NCBI GenBank assembly: GCA_964373935.1
Contig: CAYJWT010000015.1
Coordinates: 1 to 15,535 of the forward strand
Direction: 5' to 3'
Length of the DNA: 15,535 nt
Origin: an uncultured archaeon
Lineage (GTDB): Archaea; Iainarchaeota; Iainarchaeia; Iainarchaeales; CAYJWT01
This document shows, in pieces, positions 5,869 to 13,839 of this stretch. The position numbers and the translations under genes were made by a program. Position 1 is the first letter of the stretch; each line of letters starts with the position of its first letter. Under the pieces are notes generated by a model, which was not told the DNA's origin, did no database searches, and was given only the letters and a program-made list of their open reading frames with translations.

Positions 5869-7256
5869 TTTTCCCTCCTGAACTGCGCGTATTCAGCCAG
5901 TGCCCTTAATGCCACTGCTGCTATTTCTGGGTATTCAAATGTCACAACATTGCCTTCCTCAAACTTTTTCAGCATTTCTCTTGTGAATTCTGACCCCGTT
6001 GAAACAGCAACAATAGGCTTGCTTGCTTTGCTTCTCATTTTTATTATTTCCTTTACAACCTCCTCGTTGATTGTAGGGGTGTTAAAAAGGACTAACGCCA
6101 TTATCATGTCTACATTCCTGTCCTTTAGCGCAGCACCTATTGCTGTACTGTACCTTTTTGCATCAGCATCGCCCACAAGGTCAAGGGGGTTTGTGATGTT
6201 TACTGTTCCCGGAAATTTTTTTCTCAAAAGTTTTTTTGTTTCACTGCTGAACTCTGCCAGTTGCAGTGATTGCTTTGCCGCCTGGTCTGCAGTAATAATG
6301 CCATATCCGCCCCCGTTGGTTATTATTGCAACCCTTTTTCCTTTTGGCAGGGGGCAGTTCTCCATTATTTTTGCAAACATGAACAGCTCCTGCAGGGAAT
6401 CAGCCTGAATGATTCCTGTCTGCTTGAACAATGCATGGTAAACGCGCATTTCTCCAGCAAGGCTCCCGGTATGCGAGGCTGTTGCATTGTGGGTTTGCTC
6501 AGTCACCCCGCCCTTGAATGCAATAACAGGCTTTTCAAGGCATGCTTTTTTTGCTGTTTCAAAAAATTTCCTTCCCTCTTTTACCCCCTCTATGTACATT
6601 GTGATTACTTTTGTTTCCTTGTCCATGTGCAGGTATTCAAGCAGGTCTGCTTCATCTATTTCCATTGCGTTCCCATAGGAAATGAACTTGCTTAACCCGA
6701 ATTCTTGGGTGTGCATCCAGTCAAGTATTGCAACCCCGAGTGCCCCTGATTGGCTCATGAAGGAAACACTGCCTGAATCGGGAAGTTTCATTCTTTCTTT
6801 TGCTGAAAAGGTAGTGTTTAGTTTTTCTTTCGGAACAAGCACCCCAAAACAGTTTGGGCCCAAAAACCTTGTATGCTTGGATGAGTCAATTATCTCATGG
6901 AGTTCTTGGGTCAGTTGTTTTTCACCGACTTCTGCAAATCCTGCGCTGATTATTATTGCGGCATTAACTTTTTTTTCAGTGCATTCTCTTGCAACCTTTG
7001 GCACGATTTTTGCAGGCACGGCAATTATTGCCAGATCAACTTTTTCCGGGATGTCTTTTATGCTTGCAAAGCTCTTTTTTCCCTGCACCTCCTTATGGAA
7101 GGGATTAACTGCAAAGCACTTCCCCGCAAGGCTTCCTTCAAGAATGTTCTTGAACAGGGTGTAGGGGATTGAGTGCCTGTCATTGCTTGCCCCGATTACT
7201 GCAATATTTTTGGGGTAAAAAAATGAATGTAATTGCCTGTAATTTTTTTTCAACAA
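5865..7256 (-). CDS. Acetyl-CoA synthetase (ADP-forming) alpha subunit, a CoA-binding NDP-forming acyl-CoA synthetase. It starts with TTG.
   Basis: N-terminal FYPKNIAVIGAS is a CoA-binding Rossmann motif, and the succinyl-CoA-synthetase-alpha-like core (ISAGFAEVGE, GPNCFGV) is present. Length about 460 aa. There is no in-frame ATG for about 140 codons, so the start must be TTG. The stop overlaps the mre11 stop (CTAG). Confidence 0.75.
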   Translation of the reverse strand: MLKKNYRQLHSFFYPKNIAVIGASNDRHSIPYTLFKNILEGSLAGKCFAVNPFHKEVQGKKSFASIKDIPEKVDLAIIAVPAKIVPKVARECTEKKVNAAIIISAGFAEVGEKQLTQELHEIIDSSKHTRFLGPNCFGVLVPKEKLNTTFSAKERMKLPDSGSVSFMSQSGALGVAILDWMHTQEFGLSKFISYGNAMEIDEADLLEYLHMDKETKVITMYIEGVKEGRKFFETAKKACLEKPVIAFKGGVTEQTHNATASHTGSLAGEMRVYHALFKQTGIIQADSLQELFMFAKIMENCPLPKGKRVAIITNGGGYGIITADQAAKQSLQLAEFSSETKKLLRKKFPGTVNITNPLDLVGDADAKRYSTAIGAALKDRNVDMIMALVLFNTPTINEEVVKEIIKMRSKASKPIVAVSTGSEFTREMLKKFEEGNVVTFEYPEIAAVALRALAEYAQFRREN

Positions 7257-7564
7257 ATTTCACCTTTAAGCCATTTTTCATACTCCCTGCTGGATTTTTT
7301 CACTTCAATGAATTCAATGCACGGCACGGAATAAGAATGATTTTTTTTTATTTCTTTAATGATTTTGTTTTCTTTTCCTTTCACTGTTTTCAATAGCAAA
7401 AGGCTTTCCGGTTGTTCTTCCAAAATCCTGCCTTTCCACCAGTAAAAAGAATGAATCCTCGGAACAATGTTCGCGCATGCAATCATTCTTTTCTCCAGCA
7501 ATGCCCTTGCAATCCTGTGGGCTTCTTTCTCGTTGCTGCAGGTAACATAGCCAATAGTGTTCAT
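7250..7564 (-). CDS. cutA: Divalent-cation tolerance protein CutA.
   Basis: VTCSNEKEAHRIARALLEKRMIACANIVPRIHSFYWWKGRILEEQPESLLLLKT...HSYSVPCIEFIEV fits the CutA1 signature (aCvnii..i.SiY.W.G.i.e..E..lllKT...HpYevPe). The gene overlaps the ACS-alpha start by 7 nt. Confidence 0.85.
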   Translation of the reverse strand: MNTIGYVTCSNEKEAHRIARALLEKRMIACANIVPRIHSFYWWKGRILEEQPESLLLLKTVKGKENKIIKEIKKNHSYSVPCIEFIEVKKSSREYEKWLKGEIC

Positions 7565-7612
7565 GTGAATAAGAAAAGGGCAATGAATATTAAATACTTT
7601 TTATGTAATTCA

Positions 7613-7957
7613 ATGAACGTGATTCGAATGTTTGGTTTTTTTAGAAAAATTGTTGGGCAAAGCAAGGAGCCTGCTGTGGCAGACCAACAGCCATTAAAGT
7701 TAAGTGGCACGTTTATGGTGCAGGATGTTTTTGAAATATCTGGCCTTGGAATAGTTGTCGTGGGAAGTGTGGTGAGTGGAGTAATCAGTCCTGGACAAAA
7801 AGTATTTGTTAATGGAAAAATGGCTGTAATTAAATCAGTTGAGGCACATCATAAACAATTAAAATTTGCTAATGCTGGAGAAAACATTGGGATAAACCTG
7901 TTAGGAATTGGTAGAACAGACATTCAAAAAGGGCTTACAATAGAGTTCTATTATTGA
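7613..7957 (+). CDS. Stand-alone EF-1alpha/EF-Tu domain-II-like beta-barrel protein of about 115 aa. The track ORF from 7412 overlaps cutA antisense and is likely over-extended.
   Basis: FMVQDVFEISGLGIVVVGSVVSGVISPGQKVFVNGKMAVIKSVEAHHKQLKFANAGENIGINLLGIGRTDIQKG closely parallels aEF-1alpha domain 2 (PIqDVysIsGvGTVpvGRVEtGvlk.Gd.v.f.P.g..geVkSiEmHHe.l..A.pGDNiGfNvrGv...DIkrG). ATG at 7613 and 7628 follow a TTTTTATG TATA-like box. Confidence 0.55.
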   Translation: MNVIRMFGFFRKIVGQSKEPAVADQQPLKLSGTFMVQDVFEISGLGIVVVGSVVSGVISPGQKVFVNGKMAVIKSVEAHHKQLKFANAGENIGINLLGIGRTDIQKGLTIEFYY

Positions 7958-8020
7958 GTAAAACTATAATCAAGCTGAATTTGATAGTAAAATATTTAAA
8001 TAACCCTACCCTCATATTTG

Positions 8021-8779
8021 ATGGTTTTGATGGTTCTGGAAATAATTGTTGTAATAATTGTTGTTATTTTGATTTTTCTCTCTATTAAGATTATTCCAGA
8101 GTGGGAGAAAGGTGTTGTTTTAACCCTTGGAAGGTTTTCCGGCGTGAGAAACCCTGGACTGAATTTTGTTATTCCAATTCTGCAATCAATGATTTCGGTG
8201 GATATGCGAATAAACACAGTGGATGTTCCAAAGCAAGAGGTTATTACAAAGGATAACATTACCTTGCTTGTTAATGCTGTTGTTTATTTCAAGGTTGAAA
8301 ATGCTGCTGACGCAATAATAAAAATCACTAATTACACTTATGCTTTGAGACAGTATGCTCAAGGGGCTCTAAGGGATGTGATTGGAAACAGTGAAATGGA
8401 TTTTGTTTTAAGCGAAAGAGAAAAAGTAAGTAGTGAAATAAAGAAAATCGTGGACAGTGAAACAGTTGGCTGGGGAGTCGATGTTTCGTCTGTTAAGATC
8501 CAGGAAATTGAATTGCCTGCTGAAATGAAGAGAGCAATGGCAAAACAAGCTGAAGCTGAAAGGGAAAAAAGAGCAGCAATAATAATTGCAGAAGGCGAGC
8601 TGGAGTCCTCAATAAAGCTCGCCAAGGCCGCAGAAAATCTTTCAAAAGCAAAGGGCGCATTACACCTCAGAACACTGAGAACAATAAGAGAGATTGCCGC
8701 TGACCCGAGCGAAAAAATTGTTTTGTTTTTGCCAAGCGAAACCGAAGAAATGCTGAAAAGAGTTTTCCAAAAAAAATAG
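8021..8779 (+). CDS. SPFH/band-7 (stomatin/prohibitin-family) membrane protein.
   Basis: An N-terminal TM helix is followed by IKIIPEWEKGVVLTLGRF...GLNFVIP...VDVPKQEVITKDN...AIIIAEGE and a C-terminal coiled coil. This is the canonical SPFH domain. ATG 8021 sits about 25 nt downstream of AAATATTTAAATA. Confidence 0.9.
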   Translation: MVLMVLEIIVVIIVVILIFLSIKIIPEWEKGVVLTLGRFSGVRNPGLNFVIPILQSMISVDMRINTVDVPKQEVITKDNITLLVNAVVYFKVENAADAIIKITNYTYALRQYAQGALRDVIGNSEMDFVLSEREKVSSEIKKIVDSETVGWGVDVSSVKIQEIELPAEMKRAMAKQAEAEREKRAAIIIAEGELESSIKLAKAAENLSKAKGALHLRTLRTIREIAADPSEKIVLFLPSETEEMLKRVFQKK

Positions 8780-8788
8780 TCCTGTTTT

Positions 8789-9460
8789 ATGAATGTTTTA
8801 AATCCTAGGAAAAGATATTTTCAAATTGCTTTCAATTATGACTTGGATTTGGTTGGGCAAGTTATTCCGACTCTTCCACGAGATGAAAGAATAATAATAG
8901 AAGCTGGAACTCCTTTTATCAAGCGATATGGCGAAGCGGGAATAAGACGAATTAATGATCTTTGGAGTGGCATAATAGTTGCTGACATTAAAACAGTTGA
9001 TGGCGCAAAAAATGAGGTTGAAGAGGCACGCAATGCTGGAGCGTCTGCCGCAACAGTGATTGGCGGTGCAAGCACTGAAACAATAAATTTATTCATTGAA
9101 ACATGTAATGAATTAGGTATGGATTCAATGATTGACATGATAAATGTTGAAAACGTAATGAAAGTTTTGTGGCCACTAAAAAAACCACCTTCTGTTGTAG
9201 TGATTCACAGGGGAAGAGATGAAGAAACAAGCTTTGGCGCTGTAATAAAATACAAGCAAATAGTAAAAGTGAGAGGAAAGTATGATGTAATGATTTCAGC
9301 AGCGGGTGGAGTAGACCTCAGAGAAGCAAGAAGCGCAATTTTTAATGGAGCAGACATTGTTGTAGCAAACCTTGTAAAACCAGGAGACCCGTGGATTGGC
9401 ATTCCAACAAATGCAAACATTGCTGAAATGGCTGAAAAGTTTTTAGACACGATAGAGTAA
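8789..9460 (+). CDS. OMP-decarboxylase-fold enzyme of the 3-hexulose-6-phosphate synthase (HPS/KGPDC) family.
   Basis: IIEAGTPFIKRYG, IVADIKTVDGA, GASAATVIGGAS.ETI, DMINVEN, VIHRGRDEE, AAGGVDLREA and GADIVVAN align block by block with HPS (IIEVGTPLIK.eG, IVADlKTmDaG, GADivTVlG, DmInV, HvH.GiDeq, vAGGi, GADivIVG). It starts 9 nt after the stomatin stop. Confidence 0.7.
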   Translation: MNVLNPRKRYFQIAFNYDLDLVGQVIPTLPRDERIIIEAGTPFIKRYGEAGIRRINDLWSGIIVADIKTVDGAKNEVEEARNAGASAATVIGGASTETINLFIETCNELGMDSMIDMINVENVMKVLWPLKKPPSVVVIHRGRDEETSFGAVIKYKQIVKVRGKYDVMISAAGGVDLREARSAIFNGADIVVANLVKPGDPWIGIPTNANIAEMAEKFLDTIE

Positions 9461-9515
9461 GAAAAAAAATGATAAAATCCTTTTCACGGCAAAAACTCCC
9501 GGTTCTTTATTTTTT
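9461..9515. terminator. Bidirectional oligo-T/oligo-A terminator region between the convergent HPS-family gene and top6A.
   Basis: An A8 run at 9462-9469 serves the minus-strand top6A transcript. TTCTTTATTTTTTCC at about 9497-9511 serves the + strand. Archaeal terminators are U-tracts. Confidence 0.35.
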
Positions 9516-10638
9516 CCGGCAGGTATGTTTCTGCAACGAAAGATAGTGAGCGGTTTGCCAGTGCCTGCTGCTCTATCCTGACCTTTTCATCAATCGCTTT
9601 CTTTAATTGCCTTTGCCATTCCTTGTTCTGGAACCAGGGATAGTCAAGCATTTCTTTTGCCCTTTTCACGTCCCCTTCCTTCATTTTTTCCGTTACTGCC
9701 TTGAGCTTGTATGTTTCAATATCATCAAGAGTCATTCCGACATATTTTGCGTCAGGGCATGCCATGAGTTCCGAATGCGCTGCAAGTGCCATGGATCCCT
9801 GTTTTATGACTGAGTAAATGTACCATCCGAAAGGGTCCCCATCGCAAAAAACAAAGACTGGGAGTTTCTCTTCCTGGTGCAACCGCGCCACAAGCCTTCT
9901 TGTTCCTCTTGCCGCCTGCCCTCCTGTGCTTACAAGCAGGCATTTCTGCTGTTTGGGGTAGCCTTCCTCTACAAGCCTTTCAAACATTGCCTCTGTCTCA
10001 ATCACCAGCACATATTTTGCATTGACTTCCGCAAACTCTATTTCTTCCGGTTCAATCCTGGACATTATGCTCCACCCCCCTCTTCCCAGCTTTGCGCAGT
10101 TGAACCTGTCATTGTTGTGCATCCTGTCCCTTAGTGTAATGTCCCCGTACAATGTTCCCTTGGGGTTTGCGTGAAGATTGAGCTTCTCCCTTATTGTGTC
10201 AACACCGTGTTCAAGGTCCACAATGCAGGTGTCAGACTCATTCTGGTCCTCGAATGTGTTCTCATTCGAATTGGGAACTGTATGTTTCAGTTCGTAGTAG
10301 ATTTCACGGATTGACGCTGTCTTGTTTTCTTTCAGGTACTCGTGTGCTTTTGATGAAACCAGCATGGTTTGCATGAATTTCCTTGCATGCCCTACGTTGA
10401 GGAATGTCCTGGAGGTTATTTTCTGGCCTAGCTGCAGTATCCCCTTCTTTGCGTTGAATTCAACATTGCTTCTTCCCCTTTGCTGTGTCTCAAACTTTGG
10501 GTCTTTTCCTTTTTTTATATCTCCAACAATTCCTTCTGCTATTTCTTCAATCCTTTTCCCGATTTTTTTTGGGGTATCTGCTTGTTTTTCTTTCGAGGTT
10601 TTCCCGCTCCTTTTTTCCTTTTGTTCTCTTGCCATCAT
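9484..10638 (-). CDS. top6A: DNA topoisomerase VI subunit A (Spo11 homologue).
   Basis: Winged-helix/5Y-CAP region (REIYYELKH) and Toprim domain (VLVIETEAMFERL...VFVFCDGDPFGWYIYSV) are present. The likely start is the ATG pair at 10638/10635 (MMAREQ), preceded by GGTGG. The track ORF from GTG 10707 runs through the upstream repeat and is probably over-extended. Confidence 0.9.
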   Translation of the reverse strand: MMAREQKEKRSGKTSKEKQADTPKKIGKRIEEIAEGIVGDIKKGKDPKFETQQRGRSNVEFNAKKGILQLGQKITSRTFLNVGHARKFMQTMLVSSKAHEYLKENKTASIREIYYELKHTVPNSNENTFEDQNESDTCIVDLEHGVDTIREKLNLHANPKGTLYGDITLRDRMHNNDRFNCAKLGRGGWSIMSRIEPEEIEFAEVNAKYVLVIETEAMFERLVEEGYPKQQKCLLVSTGGQAARGTRRLVARLHQEEKLPVFVFCDGDPFGWYIYSVIKQGSMALAAHSELMACPDAKYVGMTLDDIETYKLKAVTEKMKEGDVKRAKEMLDYPWFQNKEWQRQLKKAIDEKVRIEQQALANRSLSFVAETYLPEKIKNREFLP

Positions 10639-10642
10639 TCCA

Positions 10643-10673
10643 CCTGCCAACTGCTGGTTGGCGTCAGCGCACC
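10643..10673 (-). repeat. Copy 1 of a 31-nt exact direct repeat (+ strand CCTGCCAACTGCTGGTTGGCGTCAGCGCACC), 5 nt upstream of the top6A start. It contains the 6-bp inverted repeat GCCAAC-N5-GTTGGC.
   Basis: Identical to 15505-15535 and GC-rich in an AT-rich genome. It sits in the roughly 100-nt Top6B-Top6A spacer and is followed on the mRNA strand by AGGUGG and AUG. Confidence 0.6.
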
Positions 10674-10741
10674 ACTTCCGCTTTGCTCCAGTGGGCCATG
10701 CTCGCACTTTGTGCTCGCTTTTTTTCCCATTGTTTTAATCA

Positions 10742-12439
10742 TCATTCCACCACTTCAACAAACTTTTCCTCTTTTATGCCCCCTTCCTCTTCCTCAAGCT
10801 TTTTCTTTTCTTTTTTGAGTTCTGCCTGCTCCATTTTTTCCTCAAGCTTGAGCTTTTCCAGAACCATTTTCTCCATCTTTTTTCTCAGGGTTTCCTTGTC
10901 TTCTTTTGTTATCTTGTTCAGTGCATCCACTATTTCAGGGATGTACTTGAAGAATATTTCCCTTTTCATCTTTTTTTCTTCTTCTTTTCTTTTTCCCGAA
11001 ATGTACCTTCCGGCATGCCTTGCTGTCTGCATCAGTGCAAGCCTTATTTCCTCAAGCACTTCCTCTTCCTCTGCTATCGCCTGCTTTCCCGCCCCAGTAT
11101 AGGGGATGTGGACTGAGATGAAGTTCACGAGCACTGTCACTGGGGCTGTCTCAATGTCCTTTATGTCATACCTTCTCCAGTCAATTGTCTGCACTGCTTT
11201 TGTTATTGCACAGTTCCCCTGGTCAAAAAGCAGGGGTGCAGAATTTGCAAACCTCATTATTTCAAGCCTTTTTTCCTGCCCCTGTTCTCCCTGCACTGTC
11301 CTTCCCGCGCTTCCCCCATATGCTACTGCAACCTCTATCTGGAAAGGGAAGCCGCCAGCATAAACGCTGGGCTTTCTTGTCAGCACGTGCAGGAATTCCG
11401 GCTGGATAATGCTCTGCAGGCTTTTCTTTATCTGCTCTTCCCCAATTGGCCTTAATCCCTCAATGCTTGGTGCAATAAAATCTATTTCCTTGAATGCCCT
11501 GAATAGTTCCTCCGCCTCATCCCAGCTCAACTGCCGTGGGTCCTTGTTCAAGTCAAACTTCACCCTTTTTGATATTTCGGAAATTGCCTTTTCTCCCATC
11601 CTGTCAAAATCGTTTTTGAGGAAACTGTTCACTTTTTTTGCCTGGGTGTATTTCGCCAAGCTGATTAAGTCATCAACCGTAACCCCCTTCGGATGTGGCT
11701 TTATGACTTTCGGCGGCTTTGGCACTGTCTTGAGGGTGCGCTTGAATATTGTAGTGTTTCCCTGAGGGTCCCTGAATTTTATCTGTGCATGAGGGTTTGC
11801 AATGGCAGTTCTGCGAATATATTCCAACGGGCCCTGTTCTGATTCCCTATAAAGAACACCCTTGAACTGTGCTTCAACAGCAGTTCCCCTGAAATCCTTT
11901 GCCAGTTCTTTCATGTCTGAGAGCTTTGGCTCGTTTTTTCTTGGGTCAATGCTTACTTCAACAGAAATTGGCTTTCCCTTTCCTGTTCCAGTAATTATTT
12001 TCGCCGGCTTTCCGGTTGTCATTTGAGAAAGTAAAACACAGCCACTCGCGCCAATTCCCTGCTGCCCCCTTGCCTGCATCATCCTGTGGAATTTTGTCCC
12101 CGCAAGCAATTGCCCAAACGCCTTTCCCACGGTTTCTTTTGTCAATCCAGGGCCATTATCAATGACTTTCACATCATAGTGCTCTGCCCCAAGCTCATCA
12201 GCCTTCACTTCAATTTCCGGCAGGATGTTTGCTTCCTCGCAAGCATCCAGGCTGTTTGAAACATACTCGTGAACAACCATAGTCAGTGTTCTTACCTTTC
12301 CATACAGCCCAAGCATCTGCTTGTTTTTCTTGAAGAACTCTGCAACAGAGTGCTCCTTGAATTCCTTGGCAAGGCCCTCCGCATCAACGATTGATTTAGA
12401 ATTGTTTTCTTCTGAATTTTCTTTCTTTTTTTCTGCCAT
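10742..12439 (-). CDS. top6B: DNA topoisomerase VI subunit B (GHKL/Bergerat ATPase). The track start is TTG 12460; the first ATG is at 12439 (MAEKKKEN).
   Basis: The Bergerat fold (VHEYVSNSLDACEEA...IDNGPGL...GQQGIG) and the H2TH and transducer regions are present. The C-terminal tail is Lys/Glu-rich. Confidence 0.9.
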   Translation of the reverse strand: MAEKKKENSEENNSKSIVDAEGLAKEFKEHSVAEFFKKNKQMLGLYGKVRTLTMVVHEYVSNSLDACEEANILPEIEVKADELGAEHYDVKVIDNGPGLTKETVGKAFGQLLAGTKFHRMMQARGQQGIGASGCVLLSQMTTGKPAKIITGTGKGKPISVEVSIDPRKNEPKLSDMKELAKDFRGTAVEAQFKGVLYRESEQGPLEYIRRTAIANPHAQIKFRDPQGNTTIFKRTLKTVPKPPKVIKPHPKGVTVDDLISLAKYTQAKKVNSFLKNDFDRMGEKAISEISKRVKFDLNKDPRQLSWDEAEELFRAFKEIDFIAPSIEGLRPIGEEQIKKSLQSIIQPEFLHVLTRKPSVYAGGFPFQIEVAVAYGGSAGRTVQGEQGQEKRLEIMRFANSAPLLFDQGNCAITKAVQTIDWRRYDIKDIETAPVTVLVNFISVHIPYTGAGKQAIAEEEEVLEEIRLALMQTARHAGRYISGKRKEEEKKMKREIFFKYIPEIVDALNKITKEDKETLRKKMEKMVLEKLKLEEKMEQAELKKEKKKLEEEEGGIKEEKFVEVVE

Positions 12440-12468
12440 CTGCTCACCAGTTCCAAACAAAAAAAAAC

Positions 12469-12996
12469 CTAAATTTCAAACTCGCTTTCTTCCTTTATCA
12501 TTCTTCGCTCAATGTAATTGAACACGCTTTTGTGTGTTGCCCCTTCCAGGAGCATTTCTATTGCCTTTCTTGCCGCCCCGATTTCGTCTGTTTTCCCGAT
12601 TATTGAAATTGTTTTGCCGAAAACCGAGATATGGCATTCTGTTTTCTTTTCTATTTCCTCCCTTACTTTTCCCCTGCTTCCAATAATCCTGCCTTTTTTT
12701 GCCTCAATGTTTTTTTTGCCGAGGAAATCCTCAATGTCCAGGATGTCCAGGAGAACATCATCATCCAGAAGCAAAAAGGCCTTTTCCGGGCTGAAGCCCC
12801 TGCCAATCGCTTTAATCATGTTGATTGCATTATAAAAATTTTTTCCGCTTCCTTTTTCTTTTACTCCGACTTCCCCAGTTTTGCTGTCCACATTAATGCC
12901 GCATTTTGTTAATGAGGCAATTTTTTTCCTTGTCGCCCCATTTTTTCCAATCAGGACCGCAATCCTGCCTGAGGGTATTCTGATTGTTTCTTCCAT
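12469..12996 (-). CDS. Two-KH-domain RNA-binding protein (aDim2/Pno1-like). The likely ATG is at 12996 (MEETIRIP); the track start is TTG 13008.
   Basis: Two KH GXXG loops are present (LIGKNGATRKKI and IIGSRGKVREEI). It is adjacent to a Rio kinase, as in the conserved archaeal cluster. Confidence 0.8.
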   Translation of the reverse strand: MEETIRIPSGRIAVLIGKNGATRKKIASLTKCGINVDSKTGEVGVKEKGSGKNFYNAINMIKAIGRGFSPEKAFLLLDDDVLLDILDIEDFLGKKNIEAKKGRIIGSRGKVREEIEKKTECHISVFGKTISIIGKTDEIGAARKAIEMLLEGATHKSVFNYIERRMIKEESEFEI

Positions 12997-13010
12997 GCTC
13001 ACCAGCAAAA

Positions 13011-13051
13011 AAAGCTAATATATAATATATAATATATATTGCATTAGCTTT
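13011..13051 (-). promoter_or_regulatory. 9-bp inverted repeat AAAGCTAAT/ATTAGCTTT enclosing a 23-nt (TATA)n-rich loop. It sits between the rio1 stop and the KH-gene start and is followed by T7 on the coding strand. Candidate terminator hairpin and/or KH-gene promoter.
   Basis: The stem is a perfect 9 bp. The loop ATATAATATATAATATATATT sits 24-46 nt upstream of ATG 12996, the TATA-box distance for a leaderless mRNA. Minus-strand TTTTTTTGCTGGTGAGCATG follows. Confidence 0.4.
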
Positions 13052-13070
13052 AAATAGTTTTATCTATAGT

Positions 13071-13823
13071 TCAGGGCTTTTTTCCCCTTATTTCTTCCAA
13101 TAATCCTTCAATCGTGGTTTTTTCGCCTTTTTTTGACAAAAAACTGCTCATGTTTGCAATATCCCTCTCAAAAAACTCTCTTGCTTTTGGGTGGCCAAGC
13201 AGGACAGCCTGGCCCACATCTATTACCACAATCTCCCCAGAGTTATTGAGAATATTATATTCTGACAGGTCAGCATGCACAATTTTGCCTTTGTAGAGCA
13301 TTTTTGCCAAAAAATCAGCCATCAGTGAGTGGAATTCATTGATGTTTTCCACTCCTGTTTCTTTGACTGTTTTTGCGGCTTTTCCCTGTTTTCCAATGAA
13401 CTCCATTACAAGGACATTGTTCCTGTAAGCAATTGCCAATGGCACCCTTACTCCAGCATTCCTCATTATTTCAAGGTTCTTGAACTCTTTTTTGCACCAC
13501 TCAAAAACTATTTCCCGCTTGTTTTTTTTCACTTTCCCAAACCTTGGGTCTCCCCAAACATATTCATGCATTCTCTTGAAATCGCTTGTTTCAATCTTGT
13601 AAATCTTCACTGCCCTGTAATTTCCCCCCGTATCCACTGCCCTGAAAACATGCGCTTCCTTCCCAGTGCTGATAACAAACTCCACCTGCTCAAAATGGCC
13701 CTTTGAAGCCAGCGAATGGATTGTTTCAACCGTCTGCCTGTCAAACACCTGCGCAAAAATCTTCCTGCTTTTTTCCCCGCGAATAAGTTCGCGGATTAGG
13801 GCGTGCTCTTTTTCCTTTTCCAT
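13071..13823 (-). CDS. rio1: RIO-type serine/threonine protein kinase, Rio1 class (no N-terminal wHTH).
   Basis: The ATP-binding loop STGKEAHVF, the catalytic loop HADLSEYNIL and the metal-binding IDVGQAV are RIO signatures. Length 250 aa. Confidence 0.9.
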   Translation of the reverse strand: MEKEKEHALIRELIRGEKSRKIFAQVFDRQTVETIHSLASKGHFEQVEFVISTGKEAHVFRAVDTGGNYRAVKIYKIETSDFKRMHEYVWGDPRFGKVKKNKREIVFEWCKKEFKNLEIMRNAGVRVPLAIAYRNNVLVMEFIGKQGKAAKTVKETGVENINEFHSLMADFLAKMLYKGKIVHADLSEYNILNNSGEIVVIDVGQAVLLGHPKAREFFERDIANMSSFLSKKGEKTTIEGLLEEIRGKKP

Positions 13824-13839
13824 AAGAATTTAATAGTAA

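Noticed and set aside
5950-7172. Several + strand ORFs of 63-160 aa inside the ACS-alpha region.
   Set aside because: They are antisense to a gene with clear CoA-binding motifs and have Ser/Phe/Cys-rich low-complexity translations.
7412-7612. N-terminal 67 codons of the track ORF 7412-7957.
   Set aside because: This part overlaps cutA on the opposite strand and precedes a TATA-like box. The EF-Tu domain-II similarity begins only after the ATG at 7613/7628, so the extension is treated as a read-through artefact.
10322-11765. Run of + strand ORFs of 74-205 aa across top6A and top6B.
   Set aside because: They are antisense to Top6A and Top6B. Their extreme Phe/Ser/Leu content reflects Lys/Glu codons read in reverse.
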